Of a stretch of DNA of 64,000 nucleotides, positions 11,739 to 23,199 are shown piece after piece. Source of the DNA: Prorocentrum cordatum (Eukaryota); assembly GCA_963575745.1 (NCBI GenBank), contig CAUYUJ010000081.1, positions 1 to 64,000 on the forward strand, written 5' to 3'. A model generated the notes under the pieces. The model was not told the origin of the DNA. It did not search any database and saw only the letters and a program-made list of their open reading frames with translations. Both the position numbers and the translations under genes were made by a program. Position 1 is the first letter of the stretch. The number at the start of each line of letters is the position of its first letter.

Positions 11739-12479
11739 ACGGCGCAGACATAAGGAATGGCCATAATAAGCTCTGAAACAAACAGCCGATAAGTAAAGTT
11801 CCAAATCGCACAGTGGACTGGACGGAACGCGCGAAGGCTCGGAGCGAACAACCCTGGACACAATTAAACTCACAGACGCCTTGAGCCCCACTTCAATGTC
11901 GGCCCCTCCAGTGTCAAAGGACGCCGTCGCATGCTCTGGGGGGGGTGCGACTTGGCAGTTCCATGCTGACCGACGTTGCAAAGAGGGCGCCAACAAATAC
12001 TTCGCACTCATTGGCATCCGATCCCACGCACTCAGATGCGCAAGTACCGCAGGTTCTTTGTCAGACGACTTTGCGCGCTGGCCTCTGGCACTGCGTGGAT
12101 CCTTCAATTTTGGACAGTAACAACTTCTCGGAAATCCAGACACTCTGGACCACTGGCGCCGTCCAACCCTGAACGCCCGCGCCGGGGTCGCTGCTGCGTC
12201 GACGAGGCGCGAACCTACCGTAAGATAGATTTGCGGGTTCAATTTTGTCGAGGGCTGTAGTTCTCGCCGTCTGAAGGGCGTGTCTGAATGTCGAGGCTAC
12301 CACCAAATCATCTGTCACACGACGGCTTCCCAGGTCTTCTGCGTTGCACTGTTTGGAACGTGGACCCCGCAACTCTCCAACACCTCTCCAGGGCCAACTC
12401 TTCGTCTCGACCACTTTGTGTGATGGTCCTGGGGTCGAAGAGCAGTCCTCAAAACCCAAAAATAGCGGAACGCATCTGT

Positions 12480-12640
12480 TTGAAGGGGAACTGGAACACA
12501 CAAATAAATACACACAAATAAAACAAATCCCCCATATATTCCCATATATTCTGGGTTTTTGTCTTCCCGCCCAATTCCCATCTTTTCCCATATTTTCTTG
12601 GGGATCGCCGATAAATTGTGTCTGTGTGTTTTTTCCCTCC
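12480..12640. repeat. Dispersed ~160-bp repeat, family B
   Basis: GAAGGGG..ACAAATA..CCCATAT..CTGGGTTTTTGTCTTCCC..TTGTGTCTGTGTG. Other copies at ~28620-28775, 41880-42040, 48680-48838 (inverted) and 50225-50345. Confidence 0.85.
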
Positions 12641-12649
12641 TTATTGTTC

Positions 12650-12786
12650 GAGGCGCTGAAGTGTGGCTCGTCGTCGCCGTCGCCGTCCTCGCCGTGCGGC
12701 GGAGGCTCCTCGACCCGCAGGTTGCAGAGGTGGTCCTCCAGCTCTCCCTCCAGCTGCCTCCGGCCGGGCGACGCTGTCATCTCCTC
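12650..12786 (-). CDS. Candidate exon of minus-strand host gene (EEMTASPGRRQLEGELEDHLCNLRVEEPPPHGEDGDGDDEPHF); 3' end uncertain
   Basis: CAG|G acceptor, high GC3, phase-0 start matching the exon at 13999-14053. Confidence 0.5.
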
Positions 12787-13223
12787 CTGTTTCTGTCGGA
12801 CGACGGCAAGATCAGGATAGAGTCTGGTGAATATGAATCGGGGATCTTTGAGAATCGCTGGGTCTAGGGACCGTGGCTGTCCTAGAGCGTTCCGGCCAGC
12901 CCTGGAGCGATTTATCCTCATCCAACCTGTCTGACTCCTCCTCCTCCCCCTCCTCCCCCTCCTCGTCCTCCTCCTCCTCCTCCTGACAAGGAAAAGACGC
13001 AGCAGGGGGTAGGACGAAGGGGAAGAGCAGGAAAAGTAACGGCAGGGCCAGGCGTTCTGACCAGAATCTCGACCCTCAACTTTCCTCGATCCTCGATCCT
13101 CTTCCTCCTGAGCTTCAAGCGGTTTAGCTGGAGCTCGAGGGGGGCATGTAAACTTGCTCGCTTACCCGCACACGCGTGTGGGTCGCTTGGGTATGCAGAG
13201 AAAAACTCAAGCATCAGAAAGGA

Positions 13224-13668
13224 CTCCTCCTCCTCCTCCTCCTCCTCCTCCTCCTCCTCCTCCTCTTCCTCCCTGCTCTCCTGCTCCCTGCTCCCCTGCT
13301 CTCCTCCTCCTCCTCCTCCTCCTCCTCTCCTCCTCCTCCTCCTCCTCCTCCTCCTCCTCCTCCTCCTCCCCCTTCTCCTCCCCGCCTCCTCCTGCTCCCT
13401 GCTCCCTGCTCCCTGCTCCCCTCCTCCTCCTCTTCTCCTCCTCCTCCCCCTCCTCCCCCTCCTCCTCCTCCTCGTCCTTCTCCTCCCTCCTCCTCCTCCT
13501 CCTCTCCTCCTCCCACATCCTCCTCCTTCTTCTTCTCCTCCTCCTCCTCCTCCTCCTCCTCATCCCTGCTTCCCTGCTCCCTGCTCCTTCCTCCTCCTCC
13601 TCCTCCTCCTCCTCCTCTCCTCCTCCTCCTCCTCCTCTCCTCCTGCTCCTCCTCCGCCTCCTCCTCCT
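13224..13668. repeat. (CCT)n microsatellite with CCCTGCT units
   Basis: Directly visible. Confidence 0.95.
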
Positions 13669-13998
13669 TTCACGTTTCTGAAGACCGTGGGCCCGCGATG
13701 CTCCACTAGATCTCGCTCCCTAAACCTCCTTCTCCTCAATGATCCCACTTGGAGGGTGGGAGTTGGGCCGTTTTCAACCTGGGCCAAGATCGTGTGGGGA
13801 GCTGCCACTGCGCGAGACGGAGGAATCACCCTGCCCGAACTTAGGGATTTTGTTGCCCCCATTTGAGCTGCTCCCCCCAAGGTGGTTGGACTCCAGGGGC
13901 CCCTTCGGAGCGTGCCTTCTCTCGCTCAGCAGACTTGATTGGAAGTCCGTCAGTGCGTTCGAGTTTTCGGAAGTGGATGGCTCACTCTTTCCCCTCAC

Positions 13999-14053
13999 CT
14001 CGGTTTCGCCCGCCTTCCTCTCCGCCGCGCTGCAGAAGTCATGGCGGGACAGG
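13999..14053 (-). CDS. Candidate exon (SLSRHDFCSAAERKAGETE)
   Basis: CCAG acceptor, GAG|GTGAGG donor, phase 2 in / 0 out. Confidence 0.5.
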
Positions 14054-14182
14054 CTGGTGGAGCAAGCGAGCGAGCGACTGGAGTGGTGGAGGATCAGGTC
14101 TGCGTTTCTGCTGCCCTCAGCGTCCTCAACTCCCCTTCTCGTACCCCCCAGGAGCGTTCCATCCTCCTCGCCTTCCTCTCCC

Positions 14183-15450
14183 GGAGTATATGAACCAAGG
14201 TTGGTCTTCGAGAGGCGGGTTATGAGGTGGACTGCAAATGCCCGTGCGGGCACGAGCATGACAGCATGAATCACAGACTGTTCGAATGCTTCCTTTCGGC
14301 GGTAGAGCGAGCTGAGCATTTCAGCTTTGAAGATATCGATGCTCTGAAGAATGCGGACTGGACTCATCTTCAGGCGGGTCTGGACGTCAAGGTGAAATTT
14401 GATGTCAATGCCCCAGCAGGGCGTTGCCTCGAGAATGCGACCTTGTGGGCGTTGGATCCGAACACCACTCTAGCCCAAGCCCTGCAGGGCAACTCGTACC
14501 TAGACGGATCGTGCTTTAAAGTAGGTCCTAAGAGTTATCACCGGGCGGGATGGGCTGTTGTAGTCATTGACCCTGCCACGGGTGAAGACATAGCTGCATA
14601 CGCCGCGGTCAGGTTCGGAAATAATAGCTCGGTCTTGATTGCCGACTACATTGGCACATTCGGGCTGCACGTCCCAGGTCTGTCCCCTAAAGGTTTTCAT
14701 TCTGGCCTCAAATTGCGCATTAAAGGTTGCGCCGGCTGCAGTACGGACATCGACCTGTTTAAAGTCAAGTCGTATCAGAAGCTCTCCGAGTTAGAGCCCC
14801 ACACAGAAGAATGGTGACATGCTTCGGGAAACGCCGAGGCCGATCCGTGGGCGAAGTGGGCGGCCAACGAGCTGTTGCAACCCTCCCCTGCCGACAGTCA
14901 ACAGAGAGAATTGCGTTTCAAGTTGTTGCAGCGATTTCTACACTATGCTTGTAAGGTCTTGCCAAATTGGTCTCCTGTTGCTTCCAAGTCTGGGGGAAAA
15001 GCACTTGCCAAACCTAACAAGTCGAATAATCCTCCTGTTGGGGCTGCGTCCGCCCCTGGCTCCAATCTTGTTCCCCCTCCTCCCCGCCTCCCTGGTGTCA
15101 GGGGGTTGTTTGGTGCATGATTGGACTTGGAGCCTGGGGGGATGGGTTTGAAAGCTGTGCAAGACGAGGGCCCTCTCTGAGGCAAGGAAGGAAGCCAGGC
15201 TCAACGAGAAGTGCACTGGCAATTCCCTCTTAACACCCTCGCTGCTGACAGTCACGGCCACACGCTGGTGGTGGCAGATTTTGAGACAGGCGAGAGCTTC
15301 ATCATTGCTTCTCAGACTGTGGAGCTTATGCGGTCTCGAATCCACGTAATGTGTGCAGCTTTTGTCCCAGGCGCTTTTCGGACGCCCAGAAGCGTGGATC
15401 CAAGTATGCATGTCATGAGATGTGTCAAGGAAGGCACCCCAAGAAGCCAA
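14183..15450 (+). mobile_element. 5'-truncated non-LTR retrotransposon remnant: zinc knuckle + RNase H
   Basis: GYEVDCKCPCGHEHDSMNHRLFEC (CCHC), then YLDGSC, RAGWAVV, KVKSY and, after one stop, GNAEADPWAK. These are the RNase H motifs in order. Confidence 0.8.
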
Positions 15451-15681
15451 GGGTGCAGCTTCGCCCCTTCATCCCCCTGGCCCAGCGCCTGTCAGATTTA
15501 GCCCAGGAGCAGCAGGAGCAGGAGAGGGAGGAGGGTAGGTAGGGCTGTAACGGGGAGCGTGCGCGGGAGGGAAGGTGACCCCCCTGCGCGAGGCCCGATC
15601 TCGCCAACCAGATCTTCCAGGCGCGGCCCGCGCCTGCGCGCGATTGCAGCCAAGACGGCAGAACCTCCTTTTCAGGATGCG

Positions 15682-16763
15682 TGCTGCTGCTGCTGCTGCT
15701 GCTGCTCCTCCCCCTCCTCCTCCTCCTCCTCCTCCTCCTCGTCCTCCTCCTCCTCCTCCTCCTCCTCCTCCTGCTCCTCCTCCTCGGCCCCCTCCACCTC
15801 CTCCTCCTCCTCCTCCTCCTCCTCCTCATCCTCCTCTCTCCTCCTCCTCCTCCTCCTCCTCCTCCGCCTCCCCCTCCCCCCCCTCCTCCTCCTCCTCCTC
15901 CTCCTCCTCCTCCTCCTCCTCCTCCTCCTCCTCCTCCTCCTCCTCCTCCTCCATCTTCCACTCTTCCTCCTCTCTCCTCCCTCCTCCTCTCCTCCTCTCT
16001 TCCTCCTCCTCCCTCCTCCTCCCCCTCCTTCCTCCTCTTCCTTCTCCTCTCCTCCCTCCTTCCTCCTCCTCCCCTCCTCCTCCCCTCCTCCTCACTCCTC
16101 CTCCCCCTCCTCCCCCCCCCCCCCTCCTCCTCCTCCTCCTCCTCCTCCTCCTCCTCCTCCTCCTCCTCCTCCTCCTCCTCCTCCTCCTCCTCCTCCTCCT
16201 CCTCCTCCTCCCCCTCCTCCCCATACACCTCCGCCTCCTCCTCCTCCTCCTCCTCCTCCTCCGCCTCCTCCTCCTCCTCATCATCATCCCGCTCCTCCTG
16301 CTCTCCTGATCTCCTGCTCTCTCCTCCTCCTCCTCCTCCTCCTCGTCGTCCTCCTCCTCCCCTCCTCCTCCTCCTCCTCCTCCCCCGCCTCATCCCCGCC
16401 TCCTCCTCCTCCTCCTACTCCTCCTCCTCCTCCTCCTCCTCCTCCTCCTCCTCTCCCTCCTCCTTACTCCTCCTCGTACTCCTCATCTTACTCCTCCTCA
16501 TACTCCCCCCTCCACCTCCTCCTTCTCCTCCTCCTCCTCCGCCTCCTCCTCGTCTCTCTCCTCCTCCTCTGCCTCGTTCTCCTCCTCCTCCCCCCCCCCT
16601 CCTCCTCCGCATCCTCCTCCTCCTCCTCCTCATCCCCTCCCCTCATCCTTCTCCTCCGCCTCCTCCACCTCCTTCTCCTCCTCCTCCTCCTCCTCCGCCG
16701 TCTCTCATCGCTCCCCCCCATCCTCCGCCTCCTCCTCCTCCGCCTCATCCTCATCCTCGTTAG

Positions 16764-16801
<38 letters not shown>

Positions 16802-16802
16802 G

Positions 16803-16900
<98 letters not shown>

Positions 16901-17315
16901 GCATCATCGTCAGCGTCAGCATCAGCAACAGCATCATCATCACCAGCGTTATCATCATCATCATCAGCAGCGTCAGCATCAGCATCATCATCATCATCAG
17001 CATCAGCGTCATCATCATCACTTCATCATGTCATCATTTCATCAGCATCACCAACAGTACCATCATCATCATCATCATCATCATCAGCATCATCAACATC
17101 ATCAGCAGCGTCAGCATCAGCAGCATCATCACCATCAGCATCATCACCATCATCAGTATCATCAGCATCAGCATCATCAGCGTCAGCATCAGCATCACCA
17201 TCATCATCATCATCAGCATCATCATCAGCATCATCACCATCAGCATCATCATCATCAGCATCATCACCACCACCACCACCACAACCATCATCATCATCAT
17301 CATCATCATCATCGT

Positions 17316-17346
<31 letters not shown>

Positions 17347-17348
17347 AG

Positions 17349-17383
<35 letters not shown>

Positions 17384-17742
17384 CCATCTTCATCTTCATC
17401 TTCATCTTCATCTTCATCTTCATATTCATCTTCATCCTCCTCCCCCTCCTCTTCCTCCCCCTCCTCATCATCCTCCCTGCCCACATCCTCCTCCTGATCC
17501 TCCTCCTGATCCTCCTCCTCCTCCGCCTCCTCCACATTCTTCTCCTCCCCATCCTCCTCATCCGCTCCTCATCCTCCTCTTCCCCGCTCCCGCATCATCC
17601 CTGCTCCCTCCTCCTCCTCCTCCTCCTCCTCCTCCTCCTCCTCCTCCTCCTCCGTCCCCTCCTCCTCCTCCTTCCTCTGCTCCTTCCTCATGCGTCCTCA
17701 GCCTCCTTCTCCTCCTTCTCCTCCTTCTCCTCCTCCTCCTCA

Positions 17743-17825
<83 letters not shown>

Positions 17826-18257
17826 AGCATCATCATCATCATCATCATCAGCATCATCATCATCAGCATCAGCATCAGCATCAGCATCATCATCATCATC
17901 ATCATGATCATCATCAGCATCAGCATCATCAGCAGCATCATCATCATCACCACCACCACCACCATCATCATCATCAGCAGCATCATCATCATCATCAGCA
18001 GCATCAGCATCAGCATCAGCATCAGCATCAGCATCATCATCAGCATGAGCAAGAGCAAGAGCATGAGCATGAGCATGAGCATGATCAGCGTCAGCGTCAT
18101 CAGCATCATCATCATCATCAGCATCATCATCAGCATCATCAGCATCAGCATCAGCATCAGCATCATCATCAACATCATCATCATCAGCAGCATCATTCAT
18201 CATTCATTCATCATCCATCATCATCATCATCATCATCAGCATCAGCATCAGCATCAG

Positions 18258-18311
<54 letters not shown>

Positions 18312-18665
18312 ACTCCCTCCCCCTCCTCATCCTCCTCTCCATCCTCCTCCTCGTCCTCCTCCTCCCCCTCCTCCTCCTCCTCGTCCTCCTCCTGCTCCCT
18401 GCAGCCTACTCCCTGCTCCCTGCTCCCTGCTACACATGCTCCTGCTCCTGCTCCTGCGCCTCCTCCTCCTCCTCCTCCTCCTCCTCCTCCTCCTCCTCGT
18501 CCTCCTCCTCCACCTCCTCTTCCTCCTGTTCCTCCTCCTTCTTCTCCACACCTCCTTCTGCTCCTCCTCCTCCACCTCCTCCTTCTCCTCCCTGCCTCCT
18601 TCTCCTCCTCCTCCTCCTCCTCCTCCTCCTCCTCCTCCTCCTCCTGCTCCCTGTTCCCTGTTCCC
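15682..18665. repeat. ~3-kb compound microsatellite of (CCT)n, (CAT)n, (CAG)n and (CGT)n blocks
   Basis: Directly visible. The 782- and 668-aa ORFs here are artefacts. Confidence 0.97.
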
Positions 18666-18952
18666 TGCTGCTCCTCCCCCTCCCTTGCTCGCCCGGGCTG
18701 CGCTCGGCCTTGGCCCGACCACCTCCGCCGCGGCGGCGGGAGAGGCCCCGTGGAGGACCACCGGCGGCCAGAGGACACGAAGGCCTCGCCCCTCGGACAA
18801 TGGACAACACAGTGGGGGGAAGGCCGAGGACGGGGCCCAGGGCGGGCGTTGGCAAGACTGGGCTTAGTGATGTGTGCTGGGGGAAGCCCCCCCGCGCTAC
18901 TCCAGAAAGGCCTCGCCCCTCGGACAACACAACGGGGGGGGGCAGGCTTAGC

Positions 18953-19104
18953 TCGGGCGTGTCCCCCAACAGGCGGAGCTTGGGCGAAACATAAAAAACA
19001 TACCCCCCAAATGCACCGACATAGCCAAACATAGTCCAGAAATAGTCCCCCGACTATTGTTTGACTAGTTTTGAATATTCCTCCTGTAGAGGGACACGCC
19101 CGAC
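18953..19104. mobile_element. MITE family D (~150 bp; TIR TCGGGCGTGTCCC...GGGACACGCCCGA); second copy at 33581-33730
   Basis: Terminal inverted repeats plus a shared internal ATAG(T/C)CC..GACTAT..CTCCTGTAGA. Confidence 0.75.
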
Positions 19105-19963
19105 TTGCGGGAAGGCCGAGGACGGAGCTCAGGGCGGGCGTTGGCAAGACTGGGTTCAGTGACGTGCGCTGGGGAACGCCCCCCCGCACTCTTCCACTGA
19201 CCGCGTGATAAGTCTTTAGAGCCCGCCCCCCCGAATAATGGAAACTTATTATCGTTTCGATGCCCTTATTGACGGACTGGGCCCACACTAATAGCGGAAA
19301 ATCATTATTCACCCACGGCACCCGCAACAACGACGACGACGGCTGCGACTACGATTGCGACTACGACTATCACGACGACTACTGCGCTCACGAGAGGACA
19401 GAGGAGGAAGAGGAGCAGGAGGAGGAGCAGGACGAGGAGGAGCAGGAGGAGGAAGAGGAGAATGAGGAGGAAGAGGAAGAGGAGGAGGAGCAGGAGGAAG
19501 AGAAGGGACGAATTGTATTTCCCGCCGAGAGAAACAGGGGGGGAGCAAAACTAAAAGACTTACATCGGTTAACCAGAACTGCCGCCACCCGAGGGAACAC
19601 CAGCTACGGCAGACCTGGTTCAATGAGTCTGGTCCGTTATTGGGGCCGCGGGGCCTAATCACTAACCGGCTCCCCTTACCTGGGGTCCTGCCTACGTATG
19701 TCCGATCAGGGAGGGGACACACTGACTTGAAATCGCCAAAAGATCGAGGATAAACCCACGATGGGGATCCCCCACCTTCCTTGGCAGGTTGGGGCACCCA
19801 GGACCTATCGGCACAGAGAACGCTATTCGGGGTCGATGCTTTCCCCCTTAATGGAGGCCTCCCAAAGAAGGCTCCCGAGAGTCGTGCCGAATCAGTGATG
19901 CATCGGCACCGTCGAGATGCAGAAACTTAAGCTCCGGATTGCGCCACTATGCCGATGGATCAA

Positions 19964-20099
19964 CTTGCCATCGCTCGGACATCCATTCCCCGTGTATTTA
20001 TCGGTTTCGTGTGTGTGTGCGTGTTTTTGCTCGATGATCCTGGATGCTCCTCGATGGTCCTCGCCGGAAAGAAAACACACACGCCCGAACGACGCTAAG
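19964..20099. mobile_element. MITE family E, copy 1
   Basis: Imperfect TIRs CTTGCCATCGCTCGGAC...GCCCGAACGACGCTAAG, flanked by TCAA on both sides; homologous to 25768-25897. Confidence 0.8.
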
Positions 20100-20365
20100 T
20101 CAATGATGCAAGACGATCCTCCGCCCCCAGCTGCTCTGGTTTGCGAGGCCTGGACCTGAGGCAGAGCCCCCCCCTGCCCCAGACATTCGGCGGATCCACG
20201 TTTTTCCAGACATGGGCCCCCAAACCTCGATATCGACCACCTACCCGAGGCCGGCTCTTCTTCCCGAAGGGTCTTCTGACGGCCCTGGGGCCCGGACCTG
20301 GCCCAAGAAACCACAATAGAAGAAGAAGAAGAAGAAGAAGAAGAAGAAAAGAAGAAGAATGAATC

Positions 20366-20522
20366 AACATTATCTTCTGGCGCTCCGCGCGGATTTCTTG
20401 GATCCGCGCTGGACCCCCCCCTCCCTGGCGCGCAGAGCGCGCCAGGGGCGGTGCCGGAGCCGCCGCCGAGGGGGTCCAGCGCGGATCCAAGCAATCCGCG
20501 CGGAGCGCCAAAAATTTATGTT
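20366..20522. mobile_element. Hairpin MITE family F with ~50-bp inverted arms
   Basis: TGGCGCTCCGCGCGGATTTCTTGGATCCGCGCTGGACCCC pairs with GGGGTCCAGCGCGGATCCAAGCAATCCGCGCGGAGCGCCA. Related single arms at ~38180-38240 and 42190-42245. Confidence 0.8.
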
Positions 20523-20814
20523 TATGTCGCTTATTCTTCGAACCACTGGACAGAATCCGGCCGCCTCGATCTTATCGAGCCGCCCGCCGGATGCCTGGCG
20601 GGATGACTGTGCCCCGGGTCGTACAACTCGGGCCTCCGGCAGCCCTTCGGGGGGCTGCTCGAGCACCCCCCAGAAACGCCCCCGGCGAGGCGCGGCTGCT
20701 GGAACGCCTCCCTGGGCTGGGCCACGCCGAGGACCGACGAAAACGCCCCGAGCCCTCCAGCCTCGAACCCGCCCTCCCTCGCCCCTTGCAGCAGCTGTGG
20801 GCTCGGCGGCCCGC

Positions 20815-20918
20815 CTTTCGTACGGGTCCTCGTCTGGGGCGCCCGTGCCCGGCGCCCGCGCGCCGCCCTCGAGGCCGAGCTCCCGCGCCAGCTCCGCCTC
20901 GAGGCCTCGCTCCGCCTC
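20815..20918 (-). CDS. Candidate exon (EAERGLEAELARELGLEGGARAPGTGAPDEDPYE)
   Basis: CCAG|G acceptor, AG|GC donor, very high GC3, phase 0 in / 2 out. Confidence 0.55.
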
Positions 20919-21315
20919 CTGGCTGGGCGGCAGCGCCGACCGCCGCCGAGAAGAGGCGACGACGCCGACGCCGACCCCGGCGGCGACGGCGGCGCCGGCG
21001 AAGCCGCCGACGTCGTTAGCGACGACGTCGAAAAAGAACCCAACGGCGGCGGCGGCGGCGGCGGCGGCGGTGACATCGATGGCAGCGGGGGCGGCGACGG
21101 CGGCGGCGACGCCGACAGCGGCGACGAGGCCGACGGGGGCGAGGACGGCGGCGAGGACGAGGGCGGTAACGACGGAAACGGCGGCCGACCGACCGCCAGA
21201 TCGGCAGCCCGACACCTGGGCTGAGAGGCCAAGGGAAAAGCCCCCGAGACCTCGGGGGCCTACGCCAGGAACATCAGTGCGACGGCGGAGGAAAGGTGCC
21301 TGAGGCCCTCAGGCT

Positions 21316-21550
21316 CTCCTCCTCCTCCTCCTCCTCCTCCTTCTCCTCCTCCTCGTCCTCCTCCTCCTCCTCCTCCTCGTTTTCCTCCTCCGCTTCCTCC
21401 TCCTCCTCCACCTCCTCCTCCCCTTCTCCTCCTCCTCCTCCCCCTCCTGCTCCTCCTCCTCCTCTTCCTCCTTCTCCTACTCCTCCTATTCCTCCTCCTC
21501 CTCCACCTCCTCCTCCTCCTCCTCTTCCTCCTCCTCCTCCTCCTCTTCCT
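21316..21550. repeat. (CCT)n microsatellite
   Basis: Directly visible. Confidence 0.95.
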
Positions 21551-23199
21551 CTTGTTGACAACCGACGCCAAGCAAACAAACGTTCGGAGGTCTGCGACGG
21601 TTCTTTTGGGTCGGCGGTGGAACCCCATGCATGGCGCGCGGAACGCGCCGGTGGCGGCGCCACAGGCGCGAGCGGGCGTTCGCTGCAGGACGTCGTTGCC
21701 GCTGTCCTGCGGGCGGAGGCCGCTCGCCGTGGCCGAGCATCCGCGGCGTCACCGTCGACGTGCTCGCGACTGACAGCGCGCCGTGACAGTGGGCCCAGGG
21801 GCCAGGGCTGTTTTTGTCGGCGCGCTGCCGTTGCGCGCGCCGATTGAAAACGCTCGCAGGTCGCGCCCTGGCCATCGCGATCGCTGACATGAAGCGACTC
21901 ATTCAGGCTCGCTGCGACGCGATCGACGCGCCGGGCAGGCGGCGCGACTTCTGTGAACGCTGGGCGTAGGACAAAAGAACGCGCCAGAAGTTCCGCGGCC
22001 AGCGGGCCAATCTGAGGCACGCGATCCCCTCCTGCAGGGGAACTGCCGACGCCGATCGTGTTTCTGGGGGTACCGTGGGTTACGCCGCGCTGAATGCGAC
22101 GTGGCAGTTGCGCACCTGCTGGCACACGTTTAGCAACGGATGCGTGTTTTCAAAGGCGAATTATTCTGCGACTCTGCCATCAAAGTCGTGACCATGTTTG
22201 CCTTTCGTCCATCGCTGCAGCCGGGGAATTGGCGCGTGAAGTCGACCGCGCACTTGCTCCACGAAGTGGCCTTCGCGGGATGGGGGGTAGCCGTCACTCT
22301 GCTGTGCATGCAGGAACAGGGCTTCGGATGCAGCGTGGGGCACGCGGCGAAGAGGCGCGTTTCCATGGTCACGGCGGCACGCTTCTCCCAACCAGTTATC
22401 GCGAACACCCGCGCGCAACCGATGGCGCGGCTGGCGCGACGTCCGCGCGCGCGGACGAAAAAGAACGCGGAGGGGGCAGAGAGGTGTAGGGTCGAAGAGG
22501 AAGCGACGCAACCTGCGTCAGCGGGGGTGTACCCTCTGCTTCGGGAGGCCGCGCGTCCTCTTTCGAATTTGTTGCGAATTGGGAGACAGGCGCGGACATT
22601 CAACGGCGCGTCGTTAACTCCGCTCCGTAAAAAATAAGCATGTGCGATCTTCAAACCTTGGTGGGTGATCGTGGCGCGCCCTCCAACCCCAGTCCTTGGG
22701 ACCGCTGCGGGACCGCCCTGGGACTCGTCAGCACCGGCCGCGGTGCCTCTCGAGGATCCCCCCCAAGAGGCCCAAATCCTTTCAAAAACGAAGGATACTT
22801 GCACTCTCGCCATTTGGCTTCCGACGACCGTCCGAGGCCTCAAGACTGCTCCAAGATGGCCCAAGGAAGACCCGAGAGACGCCCACGAGTGATCCAAGAC
22901 GGCCCCAAGAAACGCCCCATCACGCCCCAGCGTCGTCCCACGAGGGCCCCAAGAGGCGACTTGGGTTCAAAGATGTTGGATTCTCGGGGGCATCCGCGGG
23001 AGGCGGCTGGGTCAGCGCGGCTCTAATATGGCTCCAGATAGGTCAAGACATCGTACGCGATGGTCCAATGTGGCATCTAACATGCCTCCAAATGGCCCCC
23101 AAGACCGCCCGAATACAGCTCCAAGTGCCGACGGAGTCTTCGAAGGCCATCTCCAAGGGAACAGCGCCCAAATCTGTGGGATGATCCTCTGATCGGAGG

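Noticed and set aside
15559..19034. Long ORFs of 782, 668 and 434 aa (poly-S/L/P/I/H)
   Set aside because: Translations of CCT/CAT microsatellites.
21600..22640. DIRS-type reverse transcriptase remnant (minus strand)
   Set aside because: Protein-like text, but no intact diagnostic motif I can defend.
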